In this document: piece after piece, positions 49,902 through 60,126 of the stretch | Layout: every line of letters begins with the position of its first letter | Numbering within the stretch: the stretch's first letter is position 1 | NCBI GenBank assembly: GCA_963837955.1 | Contig: CAWIPH010000002.1 | Coordinates: 576,001-640,000, forward strand | Source of the DNA: an uncultured Verrucomicrobiae bacterium | GTDB taxonomy: Bacteria; Verrucomicrobiota; Verrucomicrobiia; Chthoniobacterales; JAFAMB01 | DNA length: 64,000 bases | Reading direction: 5' to 3' | Notes under the pieces: model-generated | Seen by the model: the letters and a program-made list of their open reading frames with translations, nothing else | What the model was told of the DNA's origin: nothing | Database searches by the model: none | Position numbers and translations under genes: made by a program

Positions 49902-51308
49902 TCAAAATTGTTTTCGAAGATTGCTTGGTAGGATGTTTAGTTCTGCCCGATACTTCGCAACCGTCCGTCGCGCAATTGGAATCCCGCGCTCCGACAGGAT
50001 TTCCACAATTTCTTTGTCACTCAAAGGATCGCGAGGGTGTTCGCCGCGAACCAAATCAGCAATCGCTTCTTTCACGCTAGTGTTGCTGAGAGCTACTCCC
50101 TCCGACGTTTGGTAGCCCGGGGTGAAGAAAAATTTCATCTCCAGGACACCTTGCGGTGTGGCCATATATTTTCCGGAAATGGCCCGACTGACCGTGGTTT
50201 CGTGAACGCCGACCGCGTCGGCAATTTGTACCATCGTCATCGGTTTCAGAAAGGCGGTGCCTTCGTCGAGAAACTCCCGCTGCCGTTTTACAATCTCGAT
50301 GGCGATATTCAGGATGGTTTGCTGCCTCTGATGGATGCTTTTAATCAGGAATTTTCCGCTCCGAATCTTCTCACGGATGTAGTCGCGAACCTCTGAACCA
50401 TTCCGTCCCTGCGTCATTAATTCCTTGTAGGTGTTGTTGATGCGAAGATGAGGGATTTGGTCTCCGGTCAAAGAAACGACATATTCGTCTGTTACCTTTT
50501 CTACCATCACATCCGGAAGGACGTAGCTATTTGGCTCCGGAGAAAAAATCTGGCCGGGTTTTGGGTCAAGTGTGGCAATGAAATTCGCCGCCTGCTGGAC
50601 TTGGTCCACGGTTACGCCCAACTTTCTGGCGATGTCCGGGAATTTCTTTTTCCCTAGTTCATCCAAGTGCTGATCAACGATTTGGTATTCCGCGCTATGT
50701 TCTTTGCCGAGCCGTCGCAGTTGGATAAGCAAGCAATCGCGCAGATCCCGCGCACCGACTCCGACCGGATGAAATGTTTGGACCAGACTAAGCATTGCCT
50801 CCAGCCGATCCACTGGCAGCCCCGAGGTCGCAGCAATCTCCTCGATACCGATCGGCAGAAAGCCGAGGTCGTCAATATTACCGATGATCAGCTCGGCAGC
50901 TCGGTGATCAGCTTCTGGAACGTCCGCTGTACTCAGTTGCTCCAGCAAATGCTGCTGCAACGTCTCCTGGTTGGCGATCGAGTCGAGAAAAAACTGGCGC
51001 CGCTCTTCATCTTCCTGGTTCCGCGACGAGTAGCTTACGCTTTGCGACATGAAATCGCGCCATTCCTCATCAAGCTTCGCTAGCTTATCGAATTCCTCCT
51101 GGAAATCGGAATCCTCGGAAGTGCGTTCCTCGCTATCTTGACTGCCAACCTCCTCTTCCAGCAATGGATTGGTCTGCAGTTCCTGTTGAACGAGGTTTCG
51201 GAGTTCCAGCGTTGGGGCCTGCAAGATCTGAAGACTTTGCTGTAACTGGGGTGCGAGCACCTGTTGCAGCGCGAGCCCTTGAATTTGTTGCATGCCTGGT
51301 CCAGCCAT
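49902..51308 (-). CDS. rpoN: RNA polymerase sigma-54 factor
   Basis: Gln/Leu-rich region I, P.GVGARDL.DCLLIQL, HETTVSRA, RpoN box ARRTVAKYR. Confidence 0.97.
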   Translation of the reverse strand: MAGPGMQQIQGLALQQVLAPQLQQSLQILQAPTLELRNLVQQELQTNPLLEEEVGSQDSEERTSEDSDFQEEFDKLAKLDEEWRDFMSQSVSYSSRNQEDEERRQFFLDSIANQETLQQHLLEQLSTADVPEADHRAAELIIGNIDDLGFLPIGIEEIAATSGLPVDRLEAMLSLVQTFHPVGVGARDLRDCLLIQLRRLGKEHSAEYQIVDQHLDELGKKKFPDIARKLGVTVDQVQQAANFIATLDPKPGQIFSPEPNSYVLPDVMVEKVTDEYVVSLTGDQIPHLRINNTYKELMTQGRNGSEVRDYIREKIRSGKFLIKSIHQRQQTILNIAIEIVKRQREFLDEGTAFLKPMTMVQIADAVGVHETTVSRAISGKYMATPQGVLEMKFFFTPGYQTSEGVALSNTSVKEAIADLVRGEHPRDPLSDKEIVEILSERGIPIARRTVAKYRAELNILPSNLRKQF

Positions 51309-51331
51309 AAGGAGAATTGAGACTAAAAGAT

Positions 51332-51347
51332 TGGCACAGAAACTGCA
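51332..51347 (+). promoter_or_regulatory. Sigma-54 -24/-12 site, oriented opposite to rpoN
   Basis: TGGCAC-AGAAA-CTGCA (GG-N10-GC), 23 bp upstream of the rpoN ATG. Confidence 0.6.
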
Positions 51348-51580
51348 AGGGCACCACAAAGGAGTTTGAATAACGCTGTTAATGACGACTTTAAACAGCG
51401 ATTCTGCTCAGAAGTCCGCTTGGCCAAAGAAGATCCGAAGCGAACTTTTTCCGCCGGTGCCAAGCGCTGACGCACAAGGGCCGTCGGCGGGTCCCAAACA
51501 ACCTATCAATAGTCGAAGGCCTTGTTTCAGGTGCTAGCGCCCCTTGCCGGAAGCCTCGTTGAGTTCGAAATCTCCCGCGG

Positions 51581-52951
51581 CTAGGCCTTGTGATGTTTCA
51601 GGTCCAGTTTGCGATATAACGTCGCAATGCTAATACCGAGCATGCTCGCAGTCTTTTCCCTGGAGCCCTGATTAAATTTCAAAGTCAGTTCGATATATTT
51701 TCGTTCCTGCGCTCGAACAAAGTTGTCGAGTGGCTGCCCAACCTGCCAATCGGCTTCAGATACCGTTTCGAACGAGTCGCGATCATAGAGAACTGGCGCT
51801 GGCAGGTCTTCCGATCTGATGATGCCGTCTTCGCAAAGGGCGCTTGCTCTTTCGATTACATTTTCCAGTTCGCGAACATTGCCTGGCCAGCTGTAGCGCA
51901 TCAGCTGTTCAAGAGCTTTGGGCTCGATCTTCTTCTGTTCCGTTACGCTCTGGAGCGCATATTTTTGCAGAAAATACTGAGCGAGCAGGGGAATATCTTC
52001 AATCCGTTCTCGCAACGGAGGGATGTCGATCGGGATAACCGCCAGACGATAGAAAAGGTCCTCGCGAAATCCTCCTGTCTTGATCTTGTTCTTTAGTGGT
52101 TCAACTGAGGCGGCAATCGCCCGGACGTTGATCGGAATATTCCGAGTATCCCCGATGCGGCGGATCTGACGTTCTTGCAGGACCCGCAGCAGCTTGGTTT
52201 GGAGTTGCAATGACATCGAGTTGATTTCATCAAAAAACAGCGTGCCGTGGTTCGCTTCCTCGAAAAGGCCTATTTTATCCATGACCGCGCCCGTGAAGGC
52301 CCCTTTTTTGTGACCGAAAAGCTCTGACTCCAACAAACTGTCCGGAATGGCGCTGCAATTTACGGTCACGAAAGGGAGATGCTGGCGCGAGCTGTTGTAA
52401 TGCAAAGCACGGGCGATAAGTTCTTTGCCCGTCCCACCTTCCCCTTGGATCAGAATGGTGCTTTCGGTATCCGCAACTTTCCCAATCAGCTTATAGATAT
52501 CCTGCATCCGCTGACTAGTCCCGACCAGGTTCTCAAATTTGTAACGATCTCTAAGTTCGCGCTTAAGCTGGCTATTTTCTCGCAGGGTCGCTTGATAATC
52601 CAAGGCGCGTTGCACGCAGAGCTGTAGTTCGTCGACCTTGAAGGGCTTGGTGATATAATCGTATGCCCCCATTTTCATCGCTTCGACCGCGGTCTCGACC
52701 GAGGCGTAGGCGGTGATCATGATAACCGTCGTATTTGGAAAGCGCTCTCTACATTCGCGGAGGATGTCGAATCCTCCTACCTTTTCCATTTTTACGTCGA
52801 CTATCACTAGCTGGGGATCGATGCGCGCAAGGGCATCTAGGGCCGACTCGGAAGAACTGAACGGAAAAGCCTGATGGCCGCGATCGCGACAAAGGTTGGA
52901 GATTACCTCCACCATCGCGGGTTCGTCGTCGATGATAAGAATCTTAGCCAT
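51581..52951 (-). CDS. NtrC-family sigma-54-dependent response regulator
   Basis: REC domain (IDDE, D, KPF), GE.GTGKE, ESELFGH.KGAFTGA, REDLFYRL, WPGNVREL, Fis-type HTH. Confidence 0.95.
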   Translation of the reverse strand: MAKILIIDDEPAMVEVISNLCRDRGHQAFPFSSSESALDALARIDPQLVIVDVKMEKVGGFDILRECRERFPNTTVIMITAYASVETAVEAMKMGAYDYITKPFKVDELQLCVQRALDYQATLRENSQLKRELRDRYKFENLVGTSQRMQDIYKLIGKVADTESTILIQGEGGTGKELIARALHYNSSRQHLPFVTVNCSAIPDSLLESELFGHKKGAFTGAVMDKIGLFEEANHGTLFFDEINSMSLQLQTKLLRVLQERQIRRIGDTRNIPINVRAIAASVEPLKNKIKTGGFREDLFYRLAVIPIDIPPLRERIEDIPLLAQYFLQKYALQSVTEQKKIEPKALEQLMRYSWPGNVRELENVIERASALCEDGIIRSEDLPAPVLYDRDSFETVSEADWQVGQPLDNFVRAQERKYIELTLKFNQGSREKTASMLGISIATLYRKLDLKHHKA

Positions 52952-53091
52952 CCGAGTACTCGGTTTTATATAACTTATGATAATTGTAAACACATAAGCG
53001 AGAAAACTTTCCAGTTTGCGAGAATTGAAAATGCGACCAAATGATAGCTCCCAACCGATTACCCGATGCACGCCAGCCGTGTCTAAATGGC

Positions 53092-53973
53092 TCAGTGTCC
53101 CTCGTCTGATGAAGCCGGCTCGTCCGTCCGATCGGTCGTATCGACAATCGCTTCAGCAGGACAGCCTAGCTTAATGAGCCCATAACTCAGCAAGGCCTTG
53201 CTATCATCCCAAATACCAGGCTTGTCGGTGTGGAGAACCACCGAAATGACTTCGTGACCGCCGCGCAGAGCGGAGCTCACTAATACCTGCTGAGCTATCC
53301 GCGTGTAGCCCGTCTTCAAGCCGTTGCACCCGGCAAAATGACGCAGCAATCGATTGTGATTTCGTAAGAGGTCAACCTCACCGGAAGGAGCCTTCCAGGT
53401 GTAGTACACCGTCGATACAATCTCGCGGAAAAGCGGCTGCTGCATGGCCGCTCGGCCAACCAGAACGAGGTCGTGCGCTGTCGTAAAGTGGTTTGGGTCG
53501 TGCAGACCGTGAGGATTCATGAAGTGACTAGATGTTGCCCCTAGTTGCGCTGCTCGGAGATTCATTTTCTCCGCAAATGCTGTGACGGATCCGGCATTAT
53601 CACGGGCCAGCGCCATGGCGACGTCGTTCGCACTCTTCAAAAGTAGTCCGTACAACAATTGGCGGCGCGTATATTGTTCGCCCGGTTTCAACCCCAGGCT
53701 ACTGGGCTCCACTTTGGTGTCGGCGAGATCGACGGTTACGATGTGATCGAGGTCCCCTGATTCGATCACGATGAGAGCGGTAAGAATTTTGGTGGAGCTT
53801 GCCGGGTATTGTCTCGCGTTTTCGTTTTTCGCAAAGAGAAAGTCTCCACTGTACGAGTCTACCACGGCCGCGCTCTGAGCAACGACGTTCAGCGCTTCCC
53901 CGAATAACGGGGTAGCGGCGCAAGCAAGCATTAGGATGGCTAATCCACCAATTTTCCGTTGACCATCATCCAT
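53092..53973 (-). CDS. D-alanyl-D-alanine carboxypeptidase (S11)
   Basis: PASSTK (SxxK), SAND (SxN), KTG. Confidence 0.92.
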   Translation of the reverse strand: MDDGQRKIGGLAILMLACAATPLFGEALNVVAQSAAVVDSYSGDFLFAKNENARQYPASSTKILTALIVIESGDLDHIVTVDLADTKVEPSSLGLKPGEQYTRRQLLYGLLLKSANDVAMALARDNAGSVTAFAEKMNLRAAQLGATSSHFMNPHGLHDPNHFTTAHDLVLVGRAAMQQPLFREIVSTVYYTWKAPSGEVDLLRNHNRLLRHFAGCNGLKTGYTRIAQQVLVSSALRGGHEVISVVLHTDKPGIWDDSKALLSYGLIKLGCPAEAIVDTTDRTDEPASSDEGH

Positions 53974-55163
53974 TCGATCGAGCTTCGATACTCCACGATC
54001 GCGTCGTGAACCTTCTCGGCGTTGCCAGAATACGGAATTGCAATGGCATCGGCAAGAAAACCGGGAGCAATTCTTCCAAGGTTGCTACCTTGTTGCAATG
54101 CCCGAGCCGGATTCACCGTGACCATTTCGAGCAGTTCCAACGGGCTTAGGGAGGGGTAACTCTGCCGCGCCATCCGCATCTCAGAGAAGAGATTTAGCGA
54201 GTCGTTGCTCGCGAGGCTGTCAGTTCCGATGCAGATGTTCAATCCGATCTCGCACAGTTTTTCCATCGGAAAACGATTGTGATGAAGAAACCGATGACTT
54301 TTGGGGCAATGCACGATGGAAAGGCTCTGCCACTCGGGCTGCGTTAGTAGCGTAAAATCGGACTCATCCAACTCGTTGGCGTGAACGAGGATGCACCGGT
54401 TGTCGACCAGGTTGGACAAAAGTAAATACCTTAAGGGAGACATCGCTCCGCAATCATCCATTCTCCGTCCCATCTTGTGGAGAAAGTCGAAAAGCTCTCC
54501 TCGTCCCAAGGCAAACATTTGATACTCCGGCCAAGACTCGGAGACATGGGTGGTCCAGGGCACTTGAAACGTCTGCGCAAACTCGTTGCTGATGCGATAC
54601 AGATCGGCGGAGGCTGTATAGGGGGCGTGTGGACTCAGGCCGAAGCCGCCCAGCCAAGATTTTGGTGATTCAAAGAACAGCCAAGATCCAAATGCGTTGT
54701 CGTCTAGCCATGGCCGCGGCCGGATGTCGATTAATTCGAGACAAAACCAGGAACGAATCGCGGGTGGAGACAGCCGAGGCATCACTTGGGGTGCCGAAAC
54801 AATATTGAGAACCGTGGTAACGCCGTAATCGCGCAACTCCTGCAGCCCTAATTCAGTCGCCTTGACATAATCGTCGTCGGTAAGTGAGCGTTTGAGAGCG
54901 TTGATCCGTCCAATCCATTGCGGAAAATTCCGCGAAGGCAGGATCGTACCTCGTAACAAGGTATAGTCGAGGTGACAATGCCCATTGATTAGGCCGGGCA
55001 AAACAACCATCTCTCCTAGATCGACTACCTCTCCCCGATGATGAGGGAGCACCTCGGCCGCTGGCCCCACCGGGCCAAAGCGGTCCTCTTCGACCACAAA
55101 TGCTCCGTCTAAGATTGTGCCGGAATCCATTGTCACCAAAATCCGGCAGCGATATGCGGTCAT
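53940..55163 (-). CDS. Metal-dependent amidohydrolase (MTA/SAH/aminofutalosine deaminase-like)
   Basis: PGLIN.HCH, PHAPYT, HVSE, HCP.S, GTDS. Confidence 0.85.
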   Translation of the reverse strand: MTAYRCRILVTMDSGTILDGAFVVEEDRFGPVGPAAEVLPHHRGEVVDLGEMVVLPGLINGHCHLDYTLLRGTILPSRNFPQWIGRINALKRSLTDDDYVKATELGLQELRDYGVTTVLNIVSAPQVMPRLSPPAIRSWFCLELIDIRPRPWLDDNAFGSWLFFESPKSWLGGFGLSPHAPYTASADLYRISNEFAQTFQVPWTTHVSESWPEYQMFALGRGELFDFLHKMGRRMDDCGAMSPLRYLLLSNLVDNRCILVHANELDESDFTLLTQPEWQSLSIVHCPKSHRFLHHNRFPMEKLCEIGLNICIGTDSLASNDSLNLFSEMRMARQSYPSLSPLELLEMVTVNPARALQQGSNLGRIAPGFLADAIAIPYSGNAEKVHDAIVEYRSSIEWMMVNGKLVD

Positions 55164-55810
55164 GGTGAGCCCTGTTTGACCGTCTTTCGCGCTTCCGCAA
55201 TAAAAAGATTGCAGGCCTCAAGACAGAGAAATGGGACGGTTGGCCTGCCTTGCTCAAGCTGATCATGCTTCGGTTCAAACTTTGTGGCTGGCAGATTTCC
55301 GTCTGGACGCTTTCCTTGAGTTGTCCACAAGATCGTTCGTAGACAAGCGTGGTCGGACCGGCAGAATCGTCCGGCCAGTTCGTTGGCTTCGGCGTCGGTC
55401 AATTTTTGAGTCACGCGGTACATGCCGGTTTGCCGGCTTAAGGTGACGCGTAAATCGACGGGATTGACTCGCCCTTCCTGCCTCGCGGCCCAGCTAGCGA
55501 GTGCTCCCGGATAAAAAGAGTCGATTGCGAGTTTTAAAGCATCTATTGAGTCCAGCTGAAGCTCCCAACCGGCTGGCAGTGTCGGCGCGCCCTTGAGCGG
55601 ACGATATCGCCCTTCTCGATCGAATCGTGCCAGTTCGCGGGCGGCCGCCGACCCCGAGTAGATGCGAAGATCAGCACCGGCTGCCTTGCCTGGATCTGCG
55701 TCTTGCCAGTGGCGCACGACGAAGAGGGTATCGCTGAGCCGTCGCACATTGATCTCTCCGAGATTCAGACTGCCGTTGGCGAGGATGCATTGAAGCTGGT
55801 CGCGGATCAT
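55160..55810 (-). CDS. DR2241-family protein (putative Fe-S)
   Basis: 'G.YRPLK.APTL..GW', 'YPG', 'RQTGMYR', C....CL...W, C.EACN. Confidence 0.7.
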   Translation of the reverse strand: MIRDQLQCILANGSLNLGEINVRRLSDTLFVVRHWQDADPGKAAGADLRIYSGSAAARELARFDREGRYRPLKGAPTLPAGWELQLDSIDALKLAIDSFYPGALASWAARQEGRVNPVDLRVTLSRQTGMYRVTQKLTDAEANELAGRFCRSDHACLRTILWTTQGKRPDGNLPATKFEPKHDQLEQGRPTVPFLCLEACNLFIAEARKTVKQGSP

Positions 55811-55811
55811 G

Positions 55812-56699
55812 TCAATGGTCGGCCGTGGGCGCGGGATGCTTTTGATCGAACTGCTTTACCATCTCGAGGATGATCTCAGCCATCATCGGATCGGTACCAA
55901 TTGCGCTTGCGTAGTAGAGGGTACGCCCATTCAGCATGAACGGATTTCTTCTGAAAACCTCCTGTTGACTAGCGGCCCCTATCGATTCGGACTGAATGCC
56001 TAGAAGCACCGGAATGTCTTCGTAGCTGTGAAGGCCATCCGAAATAAAAAATGGCACCACGACCACATGCGGATAGAGCGCGAGTGCTTGCCACCCGGAT
56101 ATCAACGGTTCCTCTTCCATGTAAGCCGCGCAGACCTGCGCATAGATATTGCGCGCTTGGATTTCCTTGACCTGTGTCTTGACGGCAACAGCCGAGTTTT
56201 CGTTTAGACCTGTTCCGTGCCCGACAATAACCAGAGTCGTCTGACTAGGCGGGATATTTGGAGCAGTCCGGCCGGCCTGGTGCAAAAGGAGATCGGTCAT
56301 GTGCGGATGGTTGCCCACTGGCTCGCAATATTTGATTACCTTGTTGTCAAGCTGGGTGATCGGTCCGGTGAGTTCCAGCTCTCGCGGTATGACTTTCTGG
56401 GTGAAATACCCTTCGCTAATGAAATGTGGAACGACGTAAACATCGTTGGTTTCGACCATCCGAAGGATTTCTCGGAGGCTGGGTTCTTCCTTCCAAAAGG
56501 CGCAAAGCACTTCTGCAAAAACGCCTCTTCGTCGGATCTCGTCGGCATGATCAAACGTCGGGGTACTGGAATCCGGATTGACGGTGGAACCATGGCCGAC
56601 CACGATGAGGCTGCTCTCCGGCTTGGCCAGTCCGATCGACCCTTTGTTAGTTTGCTGAGTTTCTGCGGTCACTACTGAGAAAACGTTTGGTGCACGCAC
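55812..56699 (-). CDS. cbiX: CbiX/SirB-family chelatase (two-domain)
   Basis: GHGS, FWKEEP, VVP.FISEGYF, second GHGT, FFISDGLH..EDIP. Confidence 0.8.
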   Translation of the reverse strand: MRAPNVFSVVTAETQQTNKGSIGLAKPESSLIVVGHGSTVNPDSSTPTFDHADEIRRRGVFAEVLCAFWKEEPSLREILRMVETNDVYVVPHFISEGYFTQKVIPRELELTGPITQLDNKVIKYCEPVGNHPHMTDLLLHQAGRTAPNIPPSQTTLVIVGHGTGLNENSAVAVKTQVKEIQARNIYAQVCAAYMEEEPLISGWQALALYPHVVVVPFFISDGLHSYEDIPVLLGIQSESIGAASQQEVFRRNPFMLNGRTLYYASAIGTDPMMAEIILEMVKQFDQKHPAPTADH

Positions 56700-56705
56700 C
56701 AGTCT

Positions 56706-57497
56706 TCAAAATAGTCCTACCGTTTCTGGATCCGGTAAAGCCCATCCTCGCCAGCGCGCCACATATTCCGCTCGCGGCAGGCAGACGTAATGCGGGTTAC
56801 CGTTCTGTCGCAGCCATCGAATGAGTGTGACCAAATTCGATTCTGCCATGGTCGTGCATCCAGCCGATGGGCGGGTCGGTCCGCGACGAATATGAAAGAA
56901 TATCGCGCTCCCATATCCGGGCACGGGTGGATCGGAGTTGTGCCGGACCTCGACCAGCCAGCGATAAGCGAAGTCCCCTAACCGCATCTTAGCCTTTTCA
57001 TACCACGCGGGCGGATTCTTTGGGTCGACCTCAACGTGCTGGTTATAATTCGGGCTATTCACGTCATCGACCCACGCATCCCCCGGTCGCACGGTGTGGA
57101 ACGGATACTCGGAACCGGCTGGTAGCGACTGATCGTAGGTGTAAATAGTGCCGATTTTGAAAACGCCGGCCGGCGCACGATTGTCCCTTTCGACCTTGAT
57201 AGGCCCGCCGGCCTGTCCAACGATCTCGCCGCGTCCCCAAGCCAACCCATGCTTGCCGAAAAGCACATCCATTGGCGCACCCACCCGTTCCCATTTGCCA
57301 TTCAACTTTTGCAGCCGCTGCACCTTGCCCGTCATGCTATCCCAGGTCGGCGCGATCCCGACAATGAGTTGGGTCACCGCGCTCTCAAGTTGCGTTCCAG
57401 CGAAAGCATGGATCGGCGCCGTGATCCAGCAGAGTGCGAAAGCCAGGCATTTCATGCGGGAGCGCTTCCCTATCGACCACCTCCCGCGACGGATCAT
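56706..57497 (-). CDS. L,D-transpeptidase (YkuD-like) family protein
   Basis: K.E.D.RAPAG.F, GSAIFFH.......SAGC. Confidence 0.8.
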   Translation of the reverse strand: MIRRGRWSIGKRSRMKCLAFALCWITAPIHAFAGTQLESAVTQLIVGIAPTWDSMTGKVQRLQKLNGKWERVGAPMDVLFGKHGLAWGRGEIVGQAGGPIKVERDNRAPAGVFKIGTIYTYDQSLPAGSEYPFHTVRPGDAWVDDVNSPNYNQHVEVDPKNPPAWYEKAKMRLGDFAYRWLVEVRHNSDPPVPGYGSAIFFHIRRGPTRPSAGCTTMAESNLVTLIRWLRQNGNPHYVCLPRAEYVARWRGWALPDPETVGLF

Positions 57498-58657
57498 TTC
57501 AACGGGCCGCCAGGGCAAATTAGATCGATGAACCGGCGTCCTTCCGCTGTCAGTACGGTGGTTGAGCCGCGACTCTGGACATGGCCTTTGGTCATCAAAT
57601 TTTGAGGATAAGGGGAGGGGTGTACCCAGCTGAGAATCGGCTCAGTGGTCGGGTCCGCGACCGCGCGAATACGCAACGGCAATCCGGTCCGGTCGAACAT
57701 TAACTCCCAAGATTGACCAACGGGACTGCCCTGGATGAGCCAGGGATAACGCTCTTGCAGATCCATTTTTGGCGAGCGCGGTACTATGATCCGGTACCAA
57801 GGCTCTCCGCTTTGCACGAACTGCGCGACGGTGAGCGCGGGATTTTTTTGTAATTCGAGATAGAAACGTCCGATATCGAGCCCGGCTAGATTCATCCCAT
57901 TATAGATTCCGTGACGATCAACATCCTTCGGGAAGTACTTGCCTTGCCATTCACTGAAATGGCCATTCAGCATCAAGTTCAACTCGAGGTGAACATGGGC
58001 ACGTTCCCGGTCGATCCCTTCCCCTGTGTGGCCCATGATGGCCAGCGGCGCGTTCTGAGCGACCTGGTCTCCAGGTTTTGCTGTGATGACGTTAAGATGG
58101 GCGTAAAGACTGTAATAGGGACAGTTATCAAATGAGTGCTCAACTACGACGTATCTGCCGTAATTGGAATAGCCGGCGACCGGATTCGTGTAAACTACCT
58201 TGCCCGCGGCGATAGCATGGACCACATCGGTTGGTTCTCCGGCGGCGTCCCGGTTCAAAGGGCGAATATCGATTCCTTCGTGAAACCGTGTGTAGATAAC
58301 GGCAGAACCAAATCGGGCCGGATTTCGGACAAAACCGTACTGTCCCCCTTCCCACGGCTGACTTACCTGTCCCTCGAAATCGCGCTGGACGTACTGGTAA
58401 AAGCTAGCCGGATCATTGTGAAGGAGACCTTGATTTTCCGTAGGCAGAATGAGCATTGGTTGCTGGCTCTGAACGATTTCAGGGAGGAGCAAAAGATATC
58501 CGAGGATAATGCCGAACAGTGCCGGCTGCCCGCAGCGTTGAAAGACGGGCCGGAGGAAGACGCTCAACCTTGACCGGTTCACTCCCGACGAGCCGATGCG
58601 CGCTTGCGTGAAAAGCAAGGAACACCGCATACGAAAGCTAAGAACTCCAGGCGGCAT
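57494..58657 (-). CDS. M23 family metallopeptidase
   Basis: HEGID, YG.YVV.EH, YAHL, HVHLE; true start probably downstream of 58657. Confidence 0.85.
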   Translation of the reverse strand: MPPGVLSFRMRCSLLFTQARIGSSGVNRSRLSVFLRPVFQRCGQPALFGIILGYLLLLPEIVQSQQPMLILPTENQGLLHNDPASFYQYVQRDFEGQVSQPWEGGQYGFVRNPARFGSAVIYTRFHEGIDIRPLNRDAAGEPTDVVHAIAAGKVVYTNPVAGYSNYGRYVVVEHSFDNCPYYSLYAHLNVITAKPGDQVAQNAPLAIMGHTGEGIDRERAHVHLELNLMLNGHFSEWQGKYFPKDVDRHGIYNGMNLAGLDIGRFYLELQKNPALTVAQFVQSGEPWYRIIVPRSPKMDLQERYPWLIQGSPVGQSWELMFDRTGLPLRIRAVADPTTEPILSWVHPSPYPQNLMTKGHVQSRGSTTVLTAEGRRFIDLICPGGPLK

Positions 58658-58720
58658 GCACGATTGATAAAGGAACGGATAGGATTTGCAACAAACCTGG
58701 TGTTTCGCTAAACGGTCCTG

Positions 58721-59260
58721 ATGAATTTTCGTCTGAAGTTGTGGACTGTGATGGTCTTATGCCTGGCTGGTTGCTCGTCGCAAGGGCTTTACCGCTGGGT
58801 CCCCTTTGCCGGACACGGGAAGAAGGATCAGGTCGCGACTAAAGCAAGATCCGAAAAAAATAATCCGTTTGGCCCAGTCACCGGCCCCGTAAATTATGGC
58901 TTGGAGATGCGGGTGATAGTTAATCCAGACCCAGTTAAGCTGAGCGATGCCCGGTCCCTGGAAGTACGCATTCAGTTGATCAATCGGATGAAGAAAACCC
59001 AAAACCTGCTATTCGACACCGGCCGTGAATACGATTTCGTCTTGCGGGATGCTAGCGGCAAAAAGCTGGTGCAATGGTCGGATGATCAACCGGCCAATCC
59101 GAACCCAGGTTACGTGATCGTCAACCCGAATGAGCGTTCCGAATTCGTTGGTACTATCTCAACCCGAGATATGGTCGCCGGGAGATCATACGTTCTCGAG
59201 GCGATGATCGTCGGCTACGACAAAATGCGGACGACGATAAACCTGGAACCGATCAAGTAA
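58721..59260 (+). CDS. Lipoprotein with BsuPI-like (intracellular proteinase inhibitor) domain
   Basis: Lipobox LAGC; 'L.F.TG..YDF.L.D..G.....WS'. Confidence 0.65.
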   Translation: MNFRLKLWTVMVLCLAGCSSQGLYRWVPFAGHGKKDQVATKARSEKNNPFGPVTGPVNYGLEMRVIVNPDPVKLSDARSLEVRIQLINRMKKTQNLLFDTGREYDFVLRDASGKKLVQWSDDQPANPNPGYVIVNPNERSEFVGTISTRDMVAGRSYVLEAMIVGYDKMRTTINLEPIK

Positions 59261-59388
59261 GCTGCCGCTGAGATTTGCTTGGGCGATGCTCGATGGATAC
59301 TTGCGAGCACGCCCAAGAATCAGGAAGGCAGATCCTTTGCCCTGATCAGCTCCGAGCAAACCCTAAAGCTAACCGAGGCCGTAGGGAG

Positions 59389-60126
59389 CTACGCCAGTTT
59401 CTTCCAAACGCTCGCCTGAGCGACGCTCCACTGGAACTTGCGGGCGTGCTCACGGATCAGGAACGGCAAATCCCTAGCCTCGATAAGGACGAGCTCCGGC
59501 TCGAAATGGCTGGCGATTCTGTTCAGGGTCGCGTCACTTGAGTCGGCTAGCCAGTTTTCGCGCGGGGTGAACTCTTCCAGCCAGGTATAAGGAGAGGCAA
59601 TGATGACGTGCCCGTCGAGTCTCGCCAACCGTTTTATTTCCGCCAGTAAGGCTGCCGGGCTCGGAACGCGGTCAAGCAAATTAGCCGCGAGCACGAGGTC
59701 GAAAGTCCCAAGGTTTTTCGGCACATGCTGAGCGTCTCCAACCAGAAACCGGCATCGTCCCCGGTCGATGGTAGGATCCAATTGCCGTCTGACGGAGGTG
59801 TAGCGCCGCCCTTCCTCGAGGATTTTGATATCGATCTGGCCGCTTTGCTGGATAGCCTGGGCAGCAGCGATAAACCGGTTGGAGAGATCGATTCCGATCA
59901 CCTCGCTTGACCAACGGGCCAGCTCGAAAGTTGATCGGCCGACGGCGCACCCGAGATCAAGAGCCCGGGAGACCTGGCCAATTGCCGGCAAAAACTCGGC
60001 CACACAGCGAGCCGGATAAAACAGAGCGTCGCGGGGCCCGAATGCGTGCGGAAGCTGATCTTCCGCGGTTCCGTAGTGGAACAGCAAATACTGATCAACT
60101 AAGGCGTCAGATTCGTAGACGTTCAT
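59389..60126 (-). CDS. SAM methyltransferase resembling the OvoA C-terminal domain (stand-alone)
   Basis: N.YES...V.QYL.FHYG, RALDLGCAVGRS.FEL, ANL.DR, SPYTW.EEFT, EH.RKFQ. Confidence 0.78.
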   Translation of the reverse strand: MNVYESDALVDQYLLFHYGTAEDQLPHAFGPRDALFYPARCVAEFLPAIGQVSRALDLGCAVGRSTFELARWSSEVIGIDLSNRFIAAAQAIQQSGQIDIKILEEGRRYTSVRRQLDPTIDRGRCRFLVGDAQHVPKNLGTFDLVLAANLLDRVPSPAALLAEIKRLARLDGHVIIASPYTWLEEFTPRENWLADSSDATLNRIASHFEPELVLIEARDLPFLIREHARKFQWSVAQASVWKKLA

